In this document: positions 27,601 to 42,906 of the stretch, piece by piece
Position numbering within the stretch: position 1 is the stretch's first letter
Layout of the letters: each line of letters begins with the position of its first letter
Assembly (NCBI GenBank): GCA_903813345.2
Contig: CAIIXF020000001.1
Location: forward strand, 28,272,001-28,336,000
Source: Owenia fusiformis
Taxonomy: Eukaryota
Length of the DNA stretch: 64,000 bases
Direction of reading: 5' to 3'
Program-made: the position numbers and the translations under genes
Notes under the pieces: model-generated
What the model was told of the DNA's origin: nothing
The model's input: the letters and a program-made list of their open reading frames with translations, nothing else
The model's database searches: none

Positions 27601-28878
27601 TTCAAGATTATATGATTTTTCTTCAGTAGTAGATGTCTGGATTATATGAGTCACACAAGAAAAGTTTCATAGGTTTTTACGTATTCTAAAGAGACGATTG
27701 TGAATTATGAGCTGTACTAATGTCATCATATATCACAGTTACATAGTCAAAGACAACTTTCAGCCTGCTTTAAGAGAGAACAAATCTATGCAAATTGAGC
27801 TGAATGAAGTATTTAGTATGTGCTGTGCATTGGGCCTGTATAATTCTGTAATTTCTTAAACATTTTTCATTTCTAAACTGATGATTCTTCTAAATCAAGC
27901 TTAGATTAATAGGGTGAATTATCCAAATTGTGATTTGATATGTTTTCAAATGTTTACTGGGTGATATATAGCAAGTTTTATACCTTCAACTGATTTGTAA
28001 GTCTATAATAAGACCATTAATTGATATAATGGGGATGCCATACCCTTTTATGGGATATTTTTTCACTTTTTGTTGGTTGAATTATTTGTCCTCGTTCTTA
28101 AAGAGAACCTTGCATTTTATTCTGTATTGAGTTCTAAATGATGGAGTACCAATTACTAAAGACAACATAAAGTTCACAACCAAAAATTCAGATTAGAACA
28201 TGAAAGGAAAACATTATTAACCTTTTCCAGTGTTCAATATTGTCTTAGTGAATATGTCTAGAACTTATTAACCTTTGCTTTTTCTGAGAGTCTCAACAAT
28301 CTGTCCTCGGAGGATAAAACATAATTACAAGAGAAAATATAATTACTTTAAGCCTATAGTTATGCAGATAAAAAACACTATGCATGATATTTTCTATTTA
28401 TTCAACATTTCGCCAGAATGAATTTTGACAGAAACAAATTTACGGGTTTTTTCTTATCGGCATGTGGAAATTAACATCAAAAATAGGGAAATTATTCTTG
28501 TTTCAAGCCTTTGGAACATGAAAATGTCTCGTTAACACATGAATTCTGATACATTTTCTTGTCAAAATTAAATTTTTCTCATCAATTCTTAATCAAGAGA
28601 TAGGAGTGTGATTGCCACTTTGTTGATGAACTTGGACATATTGATTAGCTTCCTCTCTCAATATAGTTTATACTTACCCTTCAGGTCATTTGACGCATTA
28701 TGCTACACTTCTCCCCACTTTGGATAATAGTTTGTCCATAAACATAATCATATAAAAACTCAAATTACTCCGAGGCTATTGCATCAGATTATTTTAATGT
28801 GGCCATAAATTATAAATCTTTGTTGATATATTACTACTGCTGTTTTCATGGTAACATGTTAATGACTTTTTATTTTAC

Positions 28879-29083
28879 ATCAAGATATAAATCCATTTTG
28901 GAAAATGGTATTTAGTCGCAGGGTTCACATGCATATATATAGGGCTTATATAGAGACTCTTAAAAAACTCAGTGCATATTTTATATCAAGATATAATTCA
29001 ATTTTCGAAAATGGTATTTAGTTGCAGGGTTCACACGCATATATATAGGGCTTATATATAGGCTCTTAAAAAACTCAGTGCAT
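28879..29083. repeat. 106-bp tandem duplication
   Basis: atcaagatata...aaaatggtatttagt.gcagggttcaca.gcatatatatagggcttatata...aaaaactcagtgcat starts at 28879 and again at 28985. Confidence 0.88.
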
Positions 29084-29151
29084 TAATGCAATACTTAGGT
29101 CACAGGGATAGATTTTCACACTTTATAACAGTGCTATATTGTCCTCTTCTT

Positions 29152-29485
29152 ATGCTGATGGGCGTATGCATGTGGTGCTGTTGTGTGTATGCATGTGGTG
29201 CTGATGGACATATGCATGTGGTGCTGATGGCCGTATGCATGTGGTGCTGATAGGCGTATGTATATGGTGCTGATGGGTATATGCATGTGGTGCTGATGGG
29301 TGTATGCATGTGGTGCTGATGGGTGTATGCATGTGGTGCTGATGGGTATATGCATGTGGTGCTGATGGGTGTATGCATGTGGTGCTTATGGGTGTATGTA
29401 TGTGGTGCTGATGGGCATATGCATGTGGTGCTGATGGGTGTATGCATGTGGTACTGATGGGTGTATGCATGTGGTGCTGATGGGC
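29152..29485. repeat. 23-bp minisatellite, ~14 copies
   Basis: Unit GTGGTGCTGATGGGTGTATGCAT; produces the His/Thr/Pro-rich ORFs in all three minus frames. Confidence 0.95.
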
Positions 29486-30572
29486 ATTCTACCCACACCT
29501 TGAATTTTCCTTCTAAAATGTATGCACATATACATATATATCTGTAAATCTGTTGAGTTGATTCATTGCAGATCATTAATTTCATTCAAACTATTAATAC
29601 ATGAAAAATAAGCCCCATGAGGCAGTTATAGCCAATACAACATGCTTTTAGCATATCTAATCTGTTTTGATAGGGTACAGGCCCTAGCTAGAGGGTATGA
29701 ATCTGGGCAGAAAGGTCACTAAGATGCCACATAAATCTTGTCATCAAAATTCTCCTGACCTGGCCAAAAATTCTTTCGAAATCATGTAGCTTTCACCGTT
29801 TTGAGCACATTTGATTGACTTTTGACCAAAATTGTCTGTGGACTCTCTATTGCAAAAGCTGGCGATGTATGTGTTTAATTGTTCATAATGTGGTTATTGA
29901 ATATAAGAAAAATAGAAACAACATAACAGTAGGCACCCAATTCACTTATCATCATTTCCAAGATATTTTCCACTGAAATATGGGTATACATTGTGTTTCA
30001 TAATTACTGTTCCCCATGCCAGCCCACAATCTATAGGATTGGTGGTGGATTCTCATATTGAAACACCCTGTACAAGATGATTACAGAATACCAAATCTTC
30101 AAGGGGAATTTCACAGATTGCGCGGCATGGCATATCTTGATTGTATGCAGGGTTCATGTAATAATAGGATTAAGATTGAACTTGTACTTTATATGTGATA
30201 TAATGACCCCCAGGGATAAATGCCCCATCTCAATTATTCTTTTCCGGGAACCTAATTATTATAACTTTTATACTTAATGGGGCAGGTTAATTCTTTAAAG
30301 TTCAACATGTTCAATGTTCATGTACACGTTTTCTTAAAAACACGAAACTTAACCTCCCTATGAACAGATGTATAAAACTACAGACTCCTAAGTAGAATAC
30401 ATGTTTGATTTATTAGTTTTCATTTATATTTGAAATGGATTTATTTGTACTTCCAGATGTCCTACTTTACTACAGTTTCAAAAGGATGTTTCTCAGTCTT
30501 GCAGATCAATATTTAAGTACTTTTAAGTACTGAAAATCAGTGGATGCTGATTTAGAAAAGATACTGTACATC

Positions 30573-30826
30573 CAAGGAAACTGAACACTGAATGGGCAAA
30601 GGAATTGAACACAGAATACTTAAGGAAACTGAACACTGAATGTCCAAAGAAACTGAACACTGATTGAGTAAAGAAACTGATCACCATATGTGTTTAAGAA
30701 ACTGAACACTGGGTGTGCAAAGACATTAATCACTGAATGTGTGAAGAAACCGAACACTGAATTTGTAAAGAAACTGAACACTGAATATGATGTAAAGAAA
30801 CTGAACACTGAATGTGTAAAGAAACT
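30573..30826. repeat. 24-bp minisatellite, ~10 copies
   Basis: Consensus AAAGAAACTGAACACTGAATGTGT. Confidence 0.88.
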
Positions 30827-33349
30827 ATATGCAAGGAAATAACAAGTTGGTTAAGCTGGAAGGACCAGGCCTCTCACTTTAGCACGAGTTTTTAAGGTGG
30901 TTTACCAAATGCATTGTGTAGAATTGAGTGCAGATCATTGTGAACATTCAAACAAACCATCCCCTATTTTTCTGTTTAACAATAGATCTAGAAATTATTT
31001 TCTATACACATATGTAAAACTGAAATATAGCATTGTCTAGATATAAAAAATAAATTGCAGTCAGACATTGAAAACCATGTCAAGGCAAAGAATCTATAAA
31101 AAAACACAATAAATATGAGTTTGAGGCAAAATACAATATTATTGTTATTAATAACGTTTTGTGTTTTTAAGTAAAATTTTCCATTGGAAATGACATTGTA
31201 AGTTATCTTTTCCAAGTGTGTATTTAACAAAGTAACAAGCTGATGCACTCTATCTCAAAATGTCTTGACTGATTTATGAGCCAAAAAGGAAAAGGATGAC
31301 ACAAGATAGAGGCCTGGTATATGTCCCTTGGCTATAGATCACATTTAATAAAATATTAAGCAAATAAAGCCAGACTTGGTATTGATTTGTCTTTGAGAAT
31401 CAATTCTTCACTTCGAAGAAACTGGTTCCATTAAGGAAGCTCTGAAACTAAATACCACTGCCAATAAACTTTAATTGAGTTGTAAGAGGTTTTCGGCATG
31501 AACTCCATTCAAAAGATCCTATGATGTGCTTTACTTAACTTCTATACCAGGGCCAAGTGGTGTGATGAAACACTTAAAATATATAATGGGAAGCTCATTT
31601 TGTTCAGTTCAGATTTTCATCATATTATCTTAGATACTTGAGTCTTTTCTTTTGAGCTTTTAAGGGCCAGATTTATGTGTTTTATTGGTAAATGATCCCA
31701 TGTTCTTAGTTTATCTATTAGTCCTAAAATCAATCAATTTTTGGGTAATTTGCTTTCTGCAGTATGAATACCAGCTACCCTCAATGTCAGAGCCTAATAA
31801 AGATGAATCTCTCATATAGTCTCTTTAAAAAGCAAAATCAATTTATCGGAAAGGGTAATACATACTGATAATATGTACTATGCAAAACAGTCCATGTATA
31901 TGCAAATCATGGTACTATATATGTAACCACCATGAAGGCATCTGTAACAGTTGTTACAATTTTACATTAATTGTTACAGATGGTTACATTTTGCCATATT
32001 AATGCCTAGTTTGGAAATATTTTGGAAATCCTGATGTTCAACCAGGCTAAAATGGATGAGGATTATGCAATGTGATGGGTGCTTTGGATATAGGATTTAT
32101 CCAGAAGGATATATGTCGAGTACATTTCCTAAAGAGTAAATCTTATATCCAAAACAATTAAATCATGTCAATGATTAATACATTCATAAAATCCGAAGAA
32201 AGTTGTTTTTACAAAGTAGACAAATCTGCTATAAACAACAAATATACCTCCATGGATTGCCAGTGTTGATAATAGGAAATAAACATATTTCCCATCTCTG
32301 GTAGATATTATTTTTACATCCACCTGTCATTTCCCTGAAAACCAGACAAATATGGAATGATGATCGAAATGCACTTGATGGTCTAGCTCTGTAAATACTG
32401 AATAGTTATCTATGAAGAATTAGCCAAAAGGAAAACACCAACAATGATGATGATGATAAATGGGATGAGGGCTTCAATGTTTGGTTTAGGAATTACCTGC
32501 CTTGAAAAATGTAAGGTAACTGACCTTGTATTGGGATAATCAGCTGTCAGCACATAGTAACAAGTTATTCATATTATTTGGAGCTGTACAGGGTGAGCTG
32601 CCAAATAGAAGTTGGAAGAAAAGATGAACTTACATAGTGTAAATTCTTGAAAACAAATAAATTAGACATCTACTTTTAAAAGACATTAACACATAAGATA
32701 TTAATGCCTATGTATATCTGTTTCCCTGAAAAGGAACATGAATATTTTATTTTAAAACTTCTATAAAACGTATGACAAGAGATGATATGATTCAAAAAAG
32801 TACTGAAATTTTAAAAATGCTTTATCTCTGATTCTGCCTTCTATCTGATATGTTTTAACATTTAAAGAGCAATTTTTAACTCTCTAAAAATTGACCAGAA
32901 GGATAAATCCTGTATCCCCATATCATTGATATATCCCATATTTATTCATGGAGTGAAAAAGTTCCTAAAGCTGAACGCATAACTTTGTCTCCTGTAGTTG
33001 AGAAGAGAAAATAATAAAACTTAATATCCCACCCCTTGGTTATATTGTATAACACCCTGGGGTTAAAATCCCTTAATTGTATTTAGTATGGGATAAAAAG
33101 ATCCATTATTGTCTTTAAAAGGTTTCTGTATATTTAGTCAAACTATTTTGATATAAATAACAGGTTATATTGGACCATTAAAAATGGACCCGTAATCTAG
33201 GAGAAATAAAATATTATATCACATAAGGGCACAATAATAAAAACAGAATTATTTTGCAAGAAACTGTAGGTTGCTTAATAAAATCAGACATAAACTTAAG
33301 CCATTTATGTCGATACAAATTGTGTTCGGCAGATTTCTTCTTTTATCTC

Positions 33350-33890
33350 CATTGAATTTGAATATGTGGATCGTCATACTTTTCGCTTATTCAATAATAA
33401 GTATATACTCTTTTTCAATAATTATGTGGATCTTCATTTTACTTTTTCTTCTTCCACAACTATGTGTGTTTTCATACCACTTTTTGCTTATTCAATAATT
33501 ATATAGGTCATTATCCCATTTTTCACTTATTATTCAATAATTTTATGGGTCTTTATTCCAGTTTTTCTTGGTTGACAACAGTAGGTTCAGAGGTTGTTAT
33601 TGCACATTTCACTTATTCAAAAATTTTGTGGGTCGTTATTTCACTTTTTCTTGTTCTTGCTTGATAACTACAATAGGTTGTCATTGCACTTTCACTTACT
33701 AGTATTCAATAATTATGTAGGCCATTATTCCGTTTTATTTAGGTTGCTATTCCACTTTTCTCTTATTCAACAACATGTACTAGGTTGTTATTCCACTTTT
33801 TGCTAATTCAATGATATGTGGGTCATCATTCCATTTTTATAGAAGTCATTTTTTGTACTTTTCTTTTATTCAGCAATTATGCATGTCATC
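33350..33890. repeat. Highly degenerate ~40-47 bp tandem repeat
   Basis: Recurring cacttttt(c/g)cttattcaataattatgt(g/a)ggtc.ttatt variants. Confidence 0.7.
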
Positions 33891-36800
33891 ATAGGGCCTT
33901 TCACTTTTATTAAACATTTATCAAATGCACTTTGTATGTATCTTTGGTCAGGTAATAAAATATATTTAATTCAAAGCTTATTATTTTATCATGATGTCTA
34001 AAGATAGTACATGTGTAATAATACATATGAATATGAAATCACCGACAAAACCCAAAATATTTACTATTGTCTTTTGCTTTATGTGGATGTAAAGTAGAGC
34101 CTGCGAAATGGAACACCTCACAAGTGGAACAGTGTTTTTAAAGTCCCCTGGCCTATCTACTCCATGCTAACAAACCTCTGTAAGTGGAACACCTCCCAAG
34201 TGGAACACTTTTTTTGTGATCCTGAGGATATTCCACTTACACAGGTTCTACTGAATTAAAAGCGAATGATCTATTTGATATGTGTTTTCATTTCCAGAAG
34301 TATATAAAAAAGTCAACATCCTTGAATTGCTATGAATCATGGAGTTACCTTTCTGAATATGATCACAATAGATGTACCGTTTCATCCTGTTAGCTTCTAA
34401 TTATGACTTCTAATTGTAAGACAGAGGCTGATATGCTAAGTTGACTTAATCTGATAGCAATCTCAATGACATCTTATTATGCATTTCTCCTATCATTTAG
34501 GTTAAAATAATATTAAGAAATTAAAACAGTATCCTGCATATTATGTGTAATCAATCTGGCTTAGCTTGACAGAATTCAGCAGACATTTAAAGGTAGAGTC
34601 AGAGAAAAAGAGCAACTTTTGCATCAGTTTTGAATTTTAGAATATTTTTGGCTTATTTCATTCTTTTTTTGTCATGTGATATTTTGCAACAAATTAAAGA
34701 CTTTATAATAGTATACCCCTCTAATCAGAGTATATCTATTTCTGTTCCTAGTTTTCAAAAATGAAATTTCTTCTATGGATGCAAATTTCATGGCCATTTT
34801 TGTTTTCATTTATGAAATAAAATATCCAAATAAGGAATTAACGACCTATGTTTTTTTCTTAATATTAAATGAGCCTAATTCTGTCCTATAATGAATTTAA
34901 ATGACAAGGTTGAATTTCATTAACAGTTATTCAGTTTACAGTTGCTGTTGTATCTTGATTCGCCATCCATGTTGCCGACATTCAAGAAAATACAAAATTT
35001 GAGTCATCTCATTCTATTATCGCATAAATTATCTGTATGAGATTTCAAGGAGCGTGTCACGAATGTGTCACAAATCGTCATCATTATTACACATTTTTAT
35101 CATTAACAGATTTTTTCTTTTATTATAAATATTAACGCTAAATGCAACATTATACAAGTGTTGTATTGACCGTGAAAATGTTATTCAGAGAGATGATTTG
35201 TATTCTTTGAATTTCATTATACCGTTTGTTTGGCATTGATCAAGACAGCTGCCAGATTGAAAATCTATGAAAAAAATCTGACACAAACGTACATGTATTG
35301 TTTTGATATATCCGGACTAAGTAGACCAAGCATCATGCGTGTCAGGTGAGCATGTATTTTTCAAAACAGGTGGTATTGTTAAAATACCAAAATCAATTAA
35401 TTATTTAATGATATATCATTATCTCTTTTTGTTTTGTTTTTTGACAACAATGATGTCAGATATGTCACCTTGACCAAAACGATGAATAGATTTATTTTAA
35501 ATGAACTTGAATAATTCATTTAATTACGTGAGTCAGTTAATATCTTTAGATTTGGCAGGGTGTTAAAACTATTGAATCATAAATTCAATCCAAATATAAT
35601 TGGTAAATGTCGCGATGACTTTCATGATGTGATTCAATTGTACTGTATTCTCTCTGAATCACATCTTTGAAACTATAGAAACAAAATGTAAAAATCAAAT
35701 GACATTCTCATGCACATTTGTAGTAATTCGTTGTTATTTAGATATTATATTTTGTGCTAAATTGTAGTCATTAAATCATCATTACTTGTCAAAAAAACTT
35801 GTTGTTGCCATAGCAACATAGGCCTCTAGCGCCTTCAAATTACGATATCTCTCTGAGTTATTACCGTCACACTTGTGACTTGGATTTAAATTTATCGCAC
35901 TGTCTGAGAAAAACGGAACAAAATTACAATATTTTTCTTGTGACCTTTACTACGTTAACTGGTATGTCCTCTGAGATAAGCAGAACTTAAGAATTCAGTC
36001 TTTGTATTCTCCCTTAGTTTGATGTATTGATCATTTGCATGATGGATTCAGATTAAACATAGTCCGGAGCAATGAATTATATCTAGTCCATATTGTATAT
36101 CCCCAACTCCTCTGCTTAATGGAGGAAATGTACTGTATGTGGGCAGATCATCTCGACTCTATGAGTTGCAGTGGGATTCCATTTTCTATGACTTTATAGA
36201 GCATTTTTATAGATTTGAAATGCTAAAACAGAAATAATTGATTTAGTGGGTTTGAATATAGACACTGTCACATTTTGATACAAAAACAATGTGATGAAAT
36301 GTATTTTCCCAGTGAAGTTCATGATAGAAGATCATAAAACTATAATTGATGATGAAGGACCATCAAAGCAATACATTTATCCTGTTATCAGTGCATGTAT
36401 TAAAAATAACAGAGCATAAATCGAAGTGAATTTCTCATCAATTTGACAGGCGTGTGACAAGAAATGTTGCAATGTTGTATGCATACAAATCATTGAGTTG
36501 TTTTGCAGAATAAGAAGTCGAGAATGAAGGGGGATTCAAAAATAGGAATCCGGGGGGTTGAGGGAGGAGAAATTGAAATGATATCTTTTATATCCCCTTT
36601 GACATCTGCAAAGAATTGAAGAATATTTCTTTGGTTGTGACCATTTAGAAAGTAATAAACATTTGCTCAAGAGTAAATGCCTATGAATTGTTATTGCAAG
36701 AAAACTACTTTTACATTTTTTGTTGAAGGATGTGAAATCAAGTGTGTAAAGATGGAGGAAAATCTAAAGGCCTTCCTATTTTTACTTGAATCTGAAAATT

Positions 36801-39800
36801 ATTCTTTGATAAATTTTTATCTTCTATGGGAACATGTTGATCCAAAAAAGTATGTTATCCTTCAAATTGTGGTTGCTCATTATCTTTTTATTATTATCTT
36901 TATTATCATCATTGTAAGCCTGTATAGCTACCCTACGTGCAGAGTCTAGTTAAACTACAGATGAATCTCTCTTTTAAGAAGTGAAGTCAAACGAATGCTA
37001 AGGGTACTGTATAGCCAAATCCTATAATAGCAATATATTTTTAAATATTTCATGACATTAATACAAAATATTATCTGAATCAAACTAATTCTTAGATTAG
37101 AATAGTGTCATGGTAATATTCTTACATTTGTATACTTCAGTATTAATGAAATAATTGATTTTTAATGACCTACTGTAATTAAGATGTAGATGTATAAATG
37201 TACAAATATATTTTTAGAATACCACAGACTTTCCATAAGTCTGTTTTTATACATGTCACTCTTACCACTCTTATTTGAGATGAAAATATCGTTACATGTC
37301 ACCATACAGTCTTTTCCAGGGGCTGCTGAATAACCCGTAAAATAGACACGATGAAGTCATGAATGATTGATTATCTAACCCATTTTATACACAGTATTAG
37401 ACATAAACTCAATACTATTTCAGATAGTATAGTTTCTTAATATAGCTATAGACATACTATTTTTCCTATATAATCCCCAGTTAATTGGACAGATCACTGG
37501 TAATATTTTGTTATTCTTTAATTATTGCTTGAGGAGTAGGAAATCATTTTTCCGGAGTAGTTAATAATATTAAGAATATCAGTTTTTTATACTACGAACA
37601 TTGACTATGTATCACATGCTCACAGTGCATAGTCAATTTTTATTAAAACCCTTATAAAGTTATTCAGCCAAGGATATGTCAGAAGTTATTGTCTTTAAAT
37701 ATTTATTAGCTATGTTTTCTTGTGTTATCTTGCTTGATAAGCAGATAATAAAGCTGATTCTGTCTCTTCTTTACTTTATGACTCTGCATTAATAGATATA
37801 TTATTTGATAAAAATGGATTTCTTATTTTAAAAAAGTTAAGCAGACCAAAAAAACGGAGCAGTATTTTTGGACTTAAAATTGTTATAAGTATAACTACAA
37901 GAAAAATTATTTATCATTTGAAGCCTAAATTGGAAAAGATTATGGTGCTATCGCTGAACCATCAAATATCACTTTTCAAAAAGTGATATTCAATGGTTTT
38001 AAAAGTCATATTCGATCATTTTGAGTTGTTTTTTTTAAATTTTGATTTTTTATTGATTGATCACTGTTCACTGGGCAATAATTTCCCATGGGATAAATGG
38101 ACAATCTTATGGTTTTGAAAAATATCAATTATATCTACTCATGGATATCAATATCATCTCATGCATATAAATAATATTTTTCCAAAACCAGAGAATATTC
38201 CTACATGTCCTATACTATCTGATATTTTTGAAGGAATATGTGTGTGTTAAATCTATAGAAGTACTTATTTCCATATAAAGATGAACTTTTAGAGTTATTT
38301 TAGGTCCATCTATGAATTATGGGGGATTTCCTCCTTTTGTCATGTTCAGAATGTTTCAATTTGAGACATTTTATGACAGTTGAAGAACTGTCTATACATA
38401 CAATCATGGAAGCAGGAGCAGGTAAATATTAGTGTAGATTATGCAAATAAGTCTAAGTATAGATAAACATGTCAAGTTATTAATGGTAAGAGTTCTAGGA
38501 GTCCCTAGGTAACGAATATAAGCTCAATCACCTATTATGTACAGATGGCATAATAAATTACATAAACAATGTATGGTATTTAGTTTTATCTCAGAGTTGT
38601 CTGTCTGTTTTTATACCTTTCATTCATATTTTGTTGATATTATTTGTTAAGTGCATTTCTGTTTAAAGTATAAAATGTATACCATTGGAATATTTTACGG
38701 ATGGTTTTATCAAATACTATTGTTTTTCAGTTGTGTATAACAGGATAAAATAAGAGCTAAGGTTAATGACATTGTACTAAGCAAGCCAATTAGGGATACA
38801 ATTGAATTTTTACAAAATAGGCAACCGTCATGTCATAGTTTGTTACTGACGGTAGATATAGATTTAAGTTATAATTAACAATACATGTTCGGGGACGAGT
38901 TTTTAAAGGTGGGAGTGATGTGATGTCCTCTATAAAATGGCTGTAGACATGGAGTGCTTGAGACAAGAGTGGGATGGCATGCTTTGAATATTTATGAGAC
39001 TACAACACAACAGGAGTGTTTGTTTTCCATCCGTAATTGACTTCAAGAGTTCACATTTGCCTTTCATATGCTTATTTGGAAAACAATACAAATGCAGATT
39101 TGTTCAGATATTTATCTCAAAGCCTTTATTAAAGTTTAAGGGTCATCTCATCATGTGATCTTGTAAGTGAAGATCACATGAGATGCAAGGAAAATACAGA
39201 ATTGTTACACATGTCCCCTCCTTTAAAAGTTACATCCACGTAATTGGATTATATTAACATCTTGTTCGGAAAATACATGAATTATTTATATACTGAATCT
39301 GCATACATATTTGTTTATTAGGTGACATAAGTTGTATACAAGATATTTGATTTCTCTGAGATTGCATGTTTTCTTTGCCTTAATTTTCAAACATCTATGC
39401 ATATTTTATAAGTATCAGCATAAAGTGTGAAGAAAAAGCGATAGATTTAATGAATTATGGATTGCATGAACTTAAAATTAGTATCCCATATTTAGTTTCT
39501 TTGTGGCATTTTCTCAGCACGTATGATTGAAGATATATGGAATTTGAATCTTCAGAACGTTCAGTGTGTAATTGCAAATAAAAAAACTATTTAAATGCAT
39601 ATCAAGCGGCAATCAATAGATATCTGTAATGTGCAAGAAATTAACACTTCCAAGAATGCTTGCAGAGTACAGTATGTGTGAAACATTGTAAAAGGATAAA
39701 TATTTTATACTCTTTAAATATTTACTTAATTCTAGATAATTGAAAACATACAAAGCCAAATGGAGCTACAAAAATTCAATACACTTTAGGTGCTAACTTA

Positions 39801-40264
39801 CTAGTAATGAATAAAGCTTTTCGATTTTTATTTTTCATTTACTTAGGTTTGCTTCATATGCTTAAAAGCCTCAAATTGATAAACTTTGTTTGATATGATG
39901 CTACGAAGCATGACCATTGTTGTTTGTATGTTTATATTGAGGTCATGTGATACATTATATAAGAACCTAATAACTATTAATACAAACAACATTGTAAAAT
40001 ATCCATGTAATAAATTATCATGAAAAGTGGAATATTATTTCTTGTATACGAATAGATAATACATTTTATGTTATAGATGGTATAACTGTCAAACTCAAAA
40101 AGTCAGATAACAGAGTCAATAAAATAAATATATTTTATAAAAACTGATCCACTAAATCAATTAGTTATTCAAGTTTAAGGAAATGTTTTGGATGTCTACA
40201 ATGTTATGCGACCAAACCTAGCTACCTGGTATTAAAACATGTACAAATAATCTAAATACGAAAT

Positions 40265-40487
40265 CAGGGCTCTCACCAGGAAATATTTAACATCTTCAGA
40301 ATAACCGTTCAATCAGGATAAATCATATTTATGTTATGTTTTATCCTTTTATTACATGCTATTATTGTATATTCAGTCAAGTTTAGACTTTGGAAACATG
40401 CAGTCATGATTTGCCAATATAGGGTGTGGAGGGAGCTAAATAGAGTGTGGTGCTGCGCCACAGTCTAAAAGCCTGGCGAGAGCCCTG
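40265..40487. mobile_element. MITE with 5-bp TSD
   Basis: TIR CAGGGCTCTC(A/G)CCAGG at both ends; GAAAT duplicated on both flanks. Confidence 0.8.
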
Positions 40488-41180
40488 GAAATGTATGCAT
40501 ATTTGTGGTGACCTAAGAGGGTCTCTGCTGTCAGTTAATGGCTTCCATTTGGCCATAATATATTTATATCAATATTCCTAATATATTCAAAATCAATATT
40601 CCTCCAAATATTCCCCATTATTTTTTCATCATTTTGGGATTTGGAAAAGTATACCCTAAAACCAATTATTGAAATATCTCTTAGATGGATTATTGCCCTT
40701 TTAGCGGAATAACTAGTGCATGCTGGGTATTTATACAATCACCATGGGGATGAAAAAAGCCCAGGATGTATTCATGGGGAAAATTATGCAAAAAGCAAAA
40801 GAACTGATTTCTGTAGGGAACTGCATAATGGATGCTTGTTATTTGCAAATCCTGTATGACGAAGTAGAACTTGAATGTAAGTAAAGCGTAATGAAAGCCA
40901 AATAGACAGCTCTAGCAATCCTCAAATAGTCTAAAATATCATTAGACCGTTTGTATGCTTTGAGAATTGATGGGATTATGCTTGCTGTATGCATAGCTAA
41001 TTGATTACATTACTTCAAATCTAAACTGTAGAAATAAGGCCTGACAGGAGCAACAACCAGACTTTAAAGTTCAAAGTAAGAAAACATAAGTAAATGATTA
41101 GTTAATTTCCTTATGAAAATATTTTCATTTCTTGTTACTAATGACCATACGTGATCATTGTCACCTTTTGATGTGGTATA

Positions 41181-41486
41181 CTGTACTCCTGGTATTTTTC
41201 GCATGCGATTTAGTTTCGCGATTGTGTTAAAATCGTTGCGAAATTCGCCAATTAAAGGCTGAGGTGCAACATGCCGTTGACTAAGATCTAGAAATTGTAA
41301 ATCTTATCCAAATATGACATTGGGTAGGTGTAATTGATGTAGATGGGGTAAATTAGCTTACAGAGTTTGAGGATTCAGAAAATAATGGAATTTAAACTTT
41401 TGAAATATATAAAATTTATGGCAGTGAAATTGGGCTTTTCTCAAAATTCGCACAATTAAAACTCGCGAAATAAACCGGGAGTACAG
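41181..41486. mobile_element. MITE with CTGTACTCC termini; right-end fragment at ~6560-6614
   Basis: CTGTACTCCTGGT ... ACCGGGAGTACAG with subterminal TTCGCG/CGCGAA motifs. Confidence 0.7.
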
Positions 41487-42320
41487 TTTATGATTCTATG
41501 GTAGCAGAAGAAAATTAAAGAGCATCTTTAGTGTATGTACTATAGGAGTACTAATTACAGAAAACCCAAAGATCAATCCACATTTTACCAAATAGATCAT
41601 TTAGTGTAATTACTTTTTCAAATGATGCTATTTCCGGAATGCGCATCTTGTAGTTTCACTTGATGGTTTAGAAAAATGATGCTTTCCCCAAATCCAATCA
41701 AGGTCTGAAGAACTCGAGACATTAGAATTCTTATTTCAATGAATGTCTGTCAGATGCAGTCGTTTTGACAATATCTAAATGCCCTCTTATTAAATACCCA
41801 AAATCTTGAGATATTATCCTTAGAAGAGAAACAAAAGAAATGGTCATTTGCAATCATTCTTGGAATCATTCTAGTATTAAAGCCCCTCCCTGGTTGAATC
41901 CTAACAGCTCAAACTTGAAATCTGTTATTTAACAATCAACAACAAATTTTTGTTAGGTTGATACTATTTTTAAAGGATGCCATGTGCCTTTGACAATCCC
42001 TTCAACAATTAGAGTTAGCAACAATGGGTCCCACTTTAATCTATTTTCCTACATTTAACTAGATTTGCTGACAAACTGAATTAGCGTAATTTTATCAAAC
42101 AATATCAGTTCACTGCCTCGAATGAATTCATTTTGTATTTGTGTCAGATGCTGAAAAGGTTCTTCATAGATTTAGGCTTTCACTTTTTTTACGAAAATTA
42201 TATGAAAGAAAAGGATCAATACTGCCATTTTGGAACAGCTATATATATTATAAGTAGATCTTAAAGGGGAAGTAGGTGTAACCTGGTAACCTCCATATCC
42301 TGAATATTGAAAGGAATATA

Positions 42321-42505
42321 CAGTAAAACCTTTTTAATCCGAGCACCACTGGAACCAGCCTAAAGTGTTCATATTAGCAGGTGTTCACTTTTTAAGGTAT
42401 TTTATATATAGGAGTCAATGTGAAATTACAAATGGGACAGAGAAAACATGTTCACATTGAGGGGTGTTTGAATTAGAGGGGTGTTCAGATATACAGGTTT
42501 CACTG
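42321..42505. mobile_element. Tc1/mariner (pogo-like) MITE; related copies at ~7561-7724, ~10037-10195, ~18370-18527, ~34092-34253
   Basis: TA|CAGTAAAACC ... GGTTTCACTG|TA; family members share GAACACC / GGTGTTC internal motifs. Confidence 0.75.
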
Positions 42506-42906
42506 TATTTTAGGCCTTGGTTTGAAGAAAAATATTTTGTGTCTGGTTAAAGGCATTACATCAAATTCTTGGAAAGGGTACTGTGGTAGGTCCATGAGGT
42601 CTTGAACTCTGAAATATGGTCCGAAGGAAAACAATATTTTGATATGGGGAAAAAATTCTGGTTCCAGCTGTTTCCAGATACATTGCTGGAGATTTTTTCA
42701 TCAAGATTTAATGTTTGCCTTAATGCTTAATATAGTTTAAAATAGTTATCTATTTACAATTCATATTTAAAATTTAGTTTTGGTTTGATTTGATTTTCAA
42801 AGTCACACTCCTATAAGGATCATCATATATTTGGATAATGTTGTTTAAAAATGTTTTATTCTAAACTGGTATAAAAAACTTAAGTAAGACCTACTGACCT
42901 AATGGA

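Noticed and set aside
29100-29585. His-rich repetitive ORFs (161, 106 and 73 aa)
   Set aside because: By-product of a stop-free 23-bp minisatellite read in all three frames; no splice or codon evidence.
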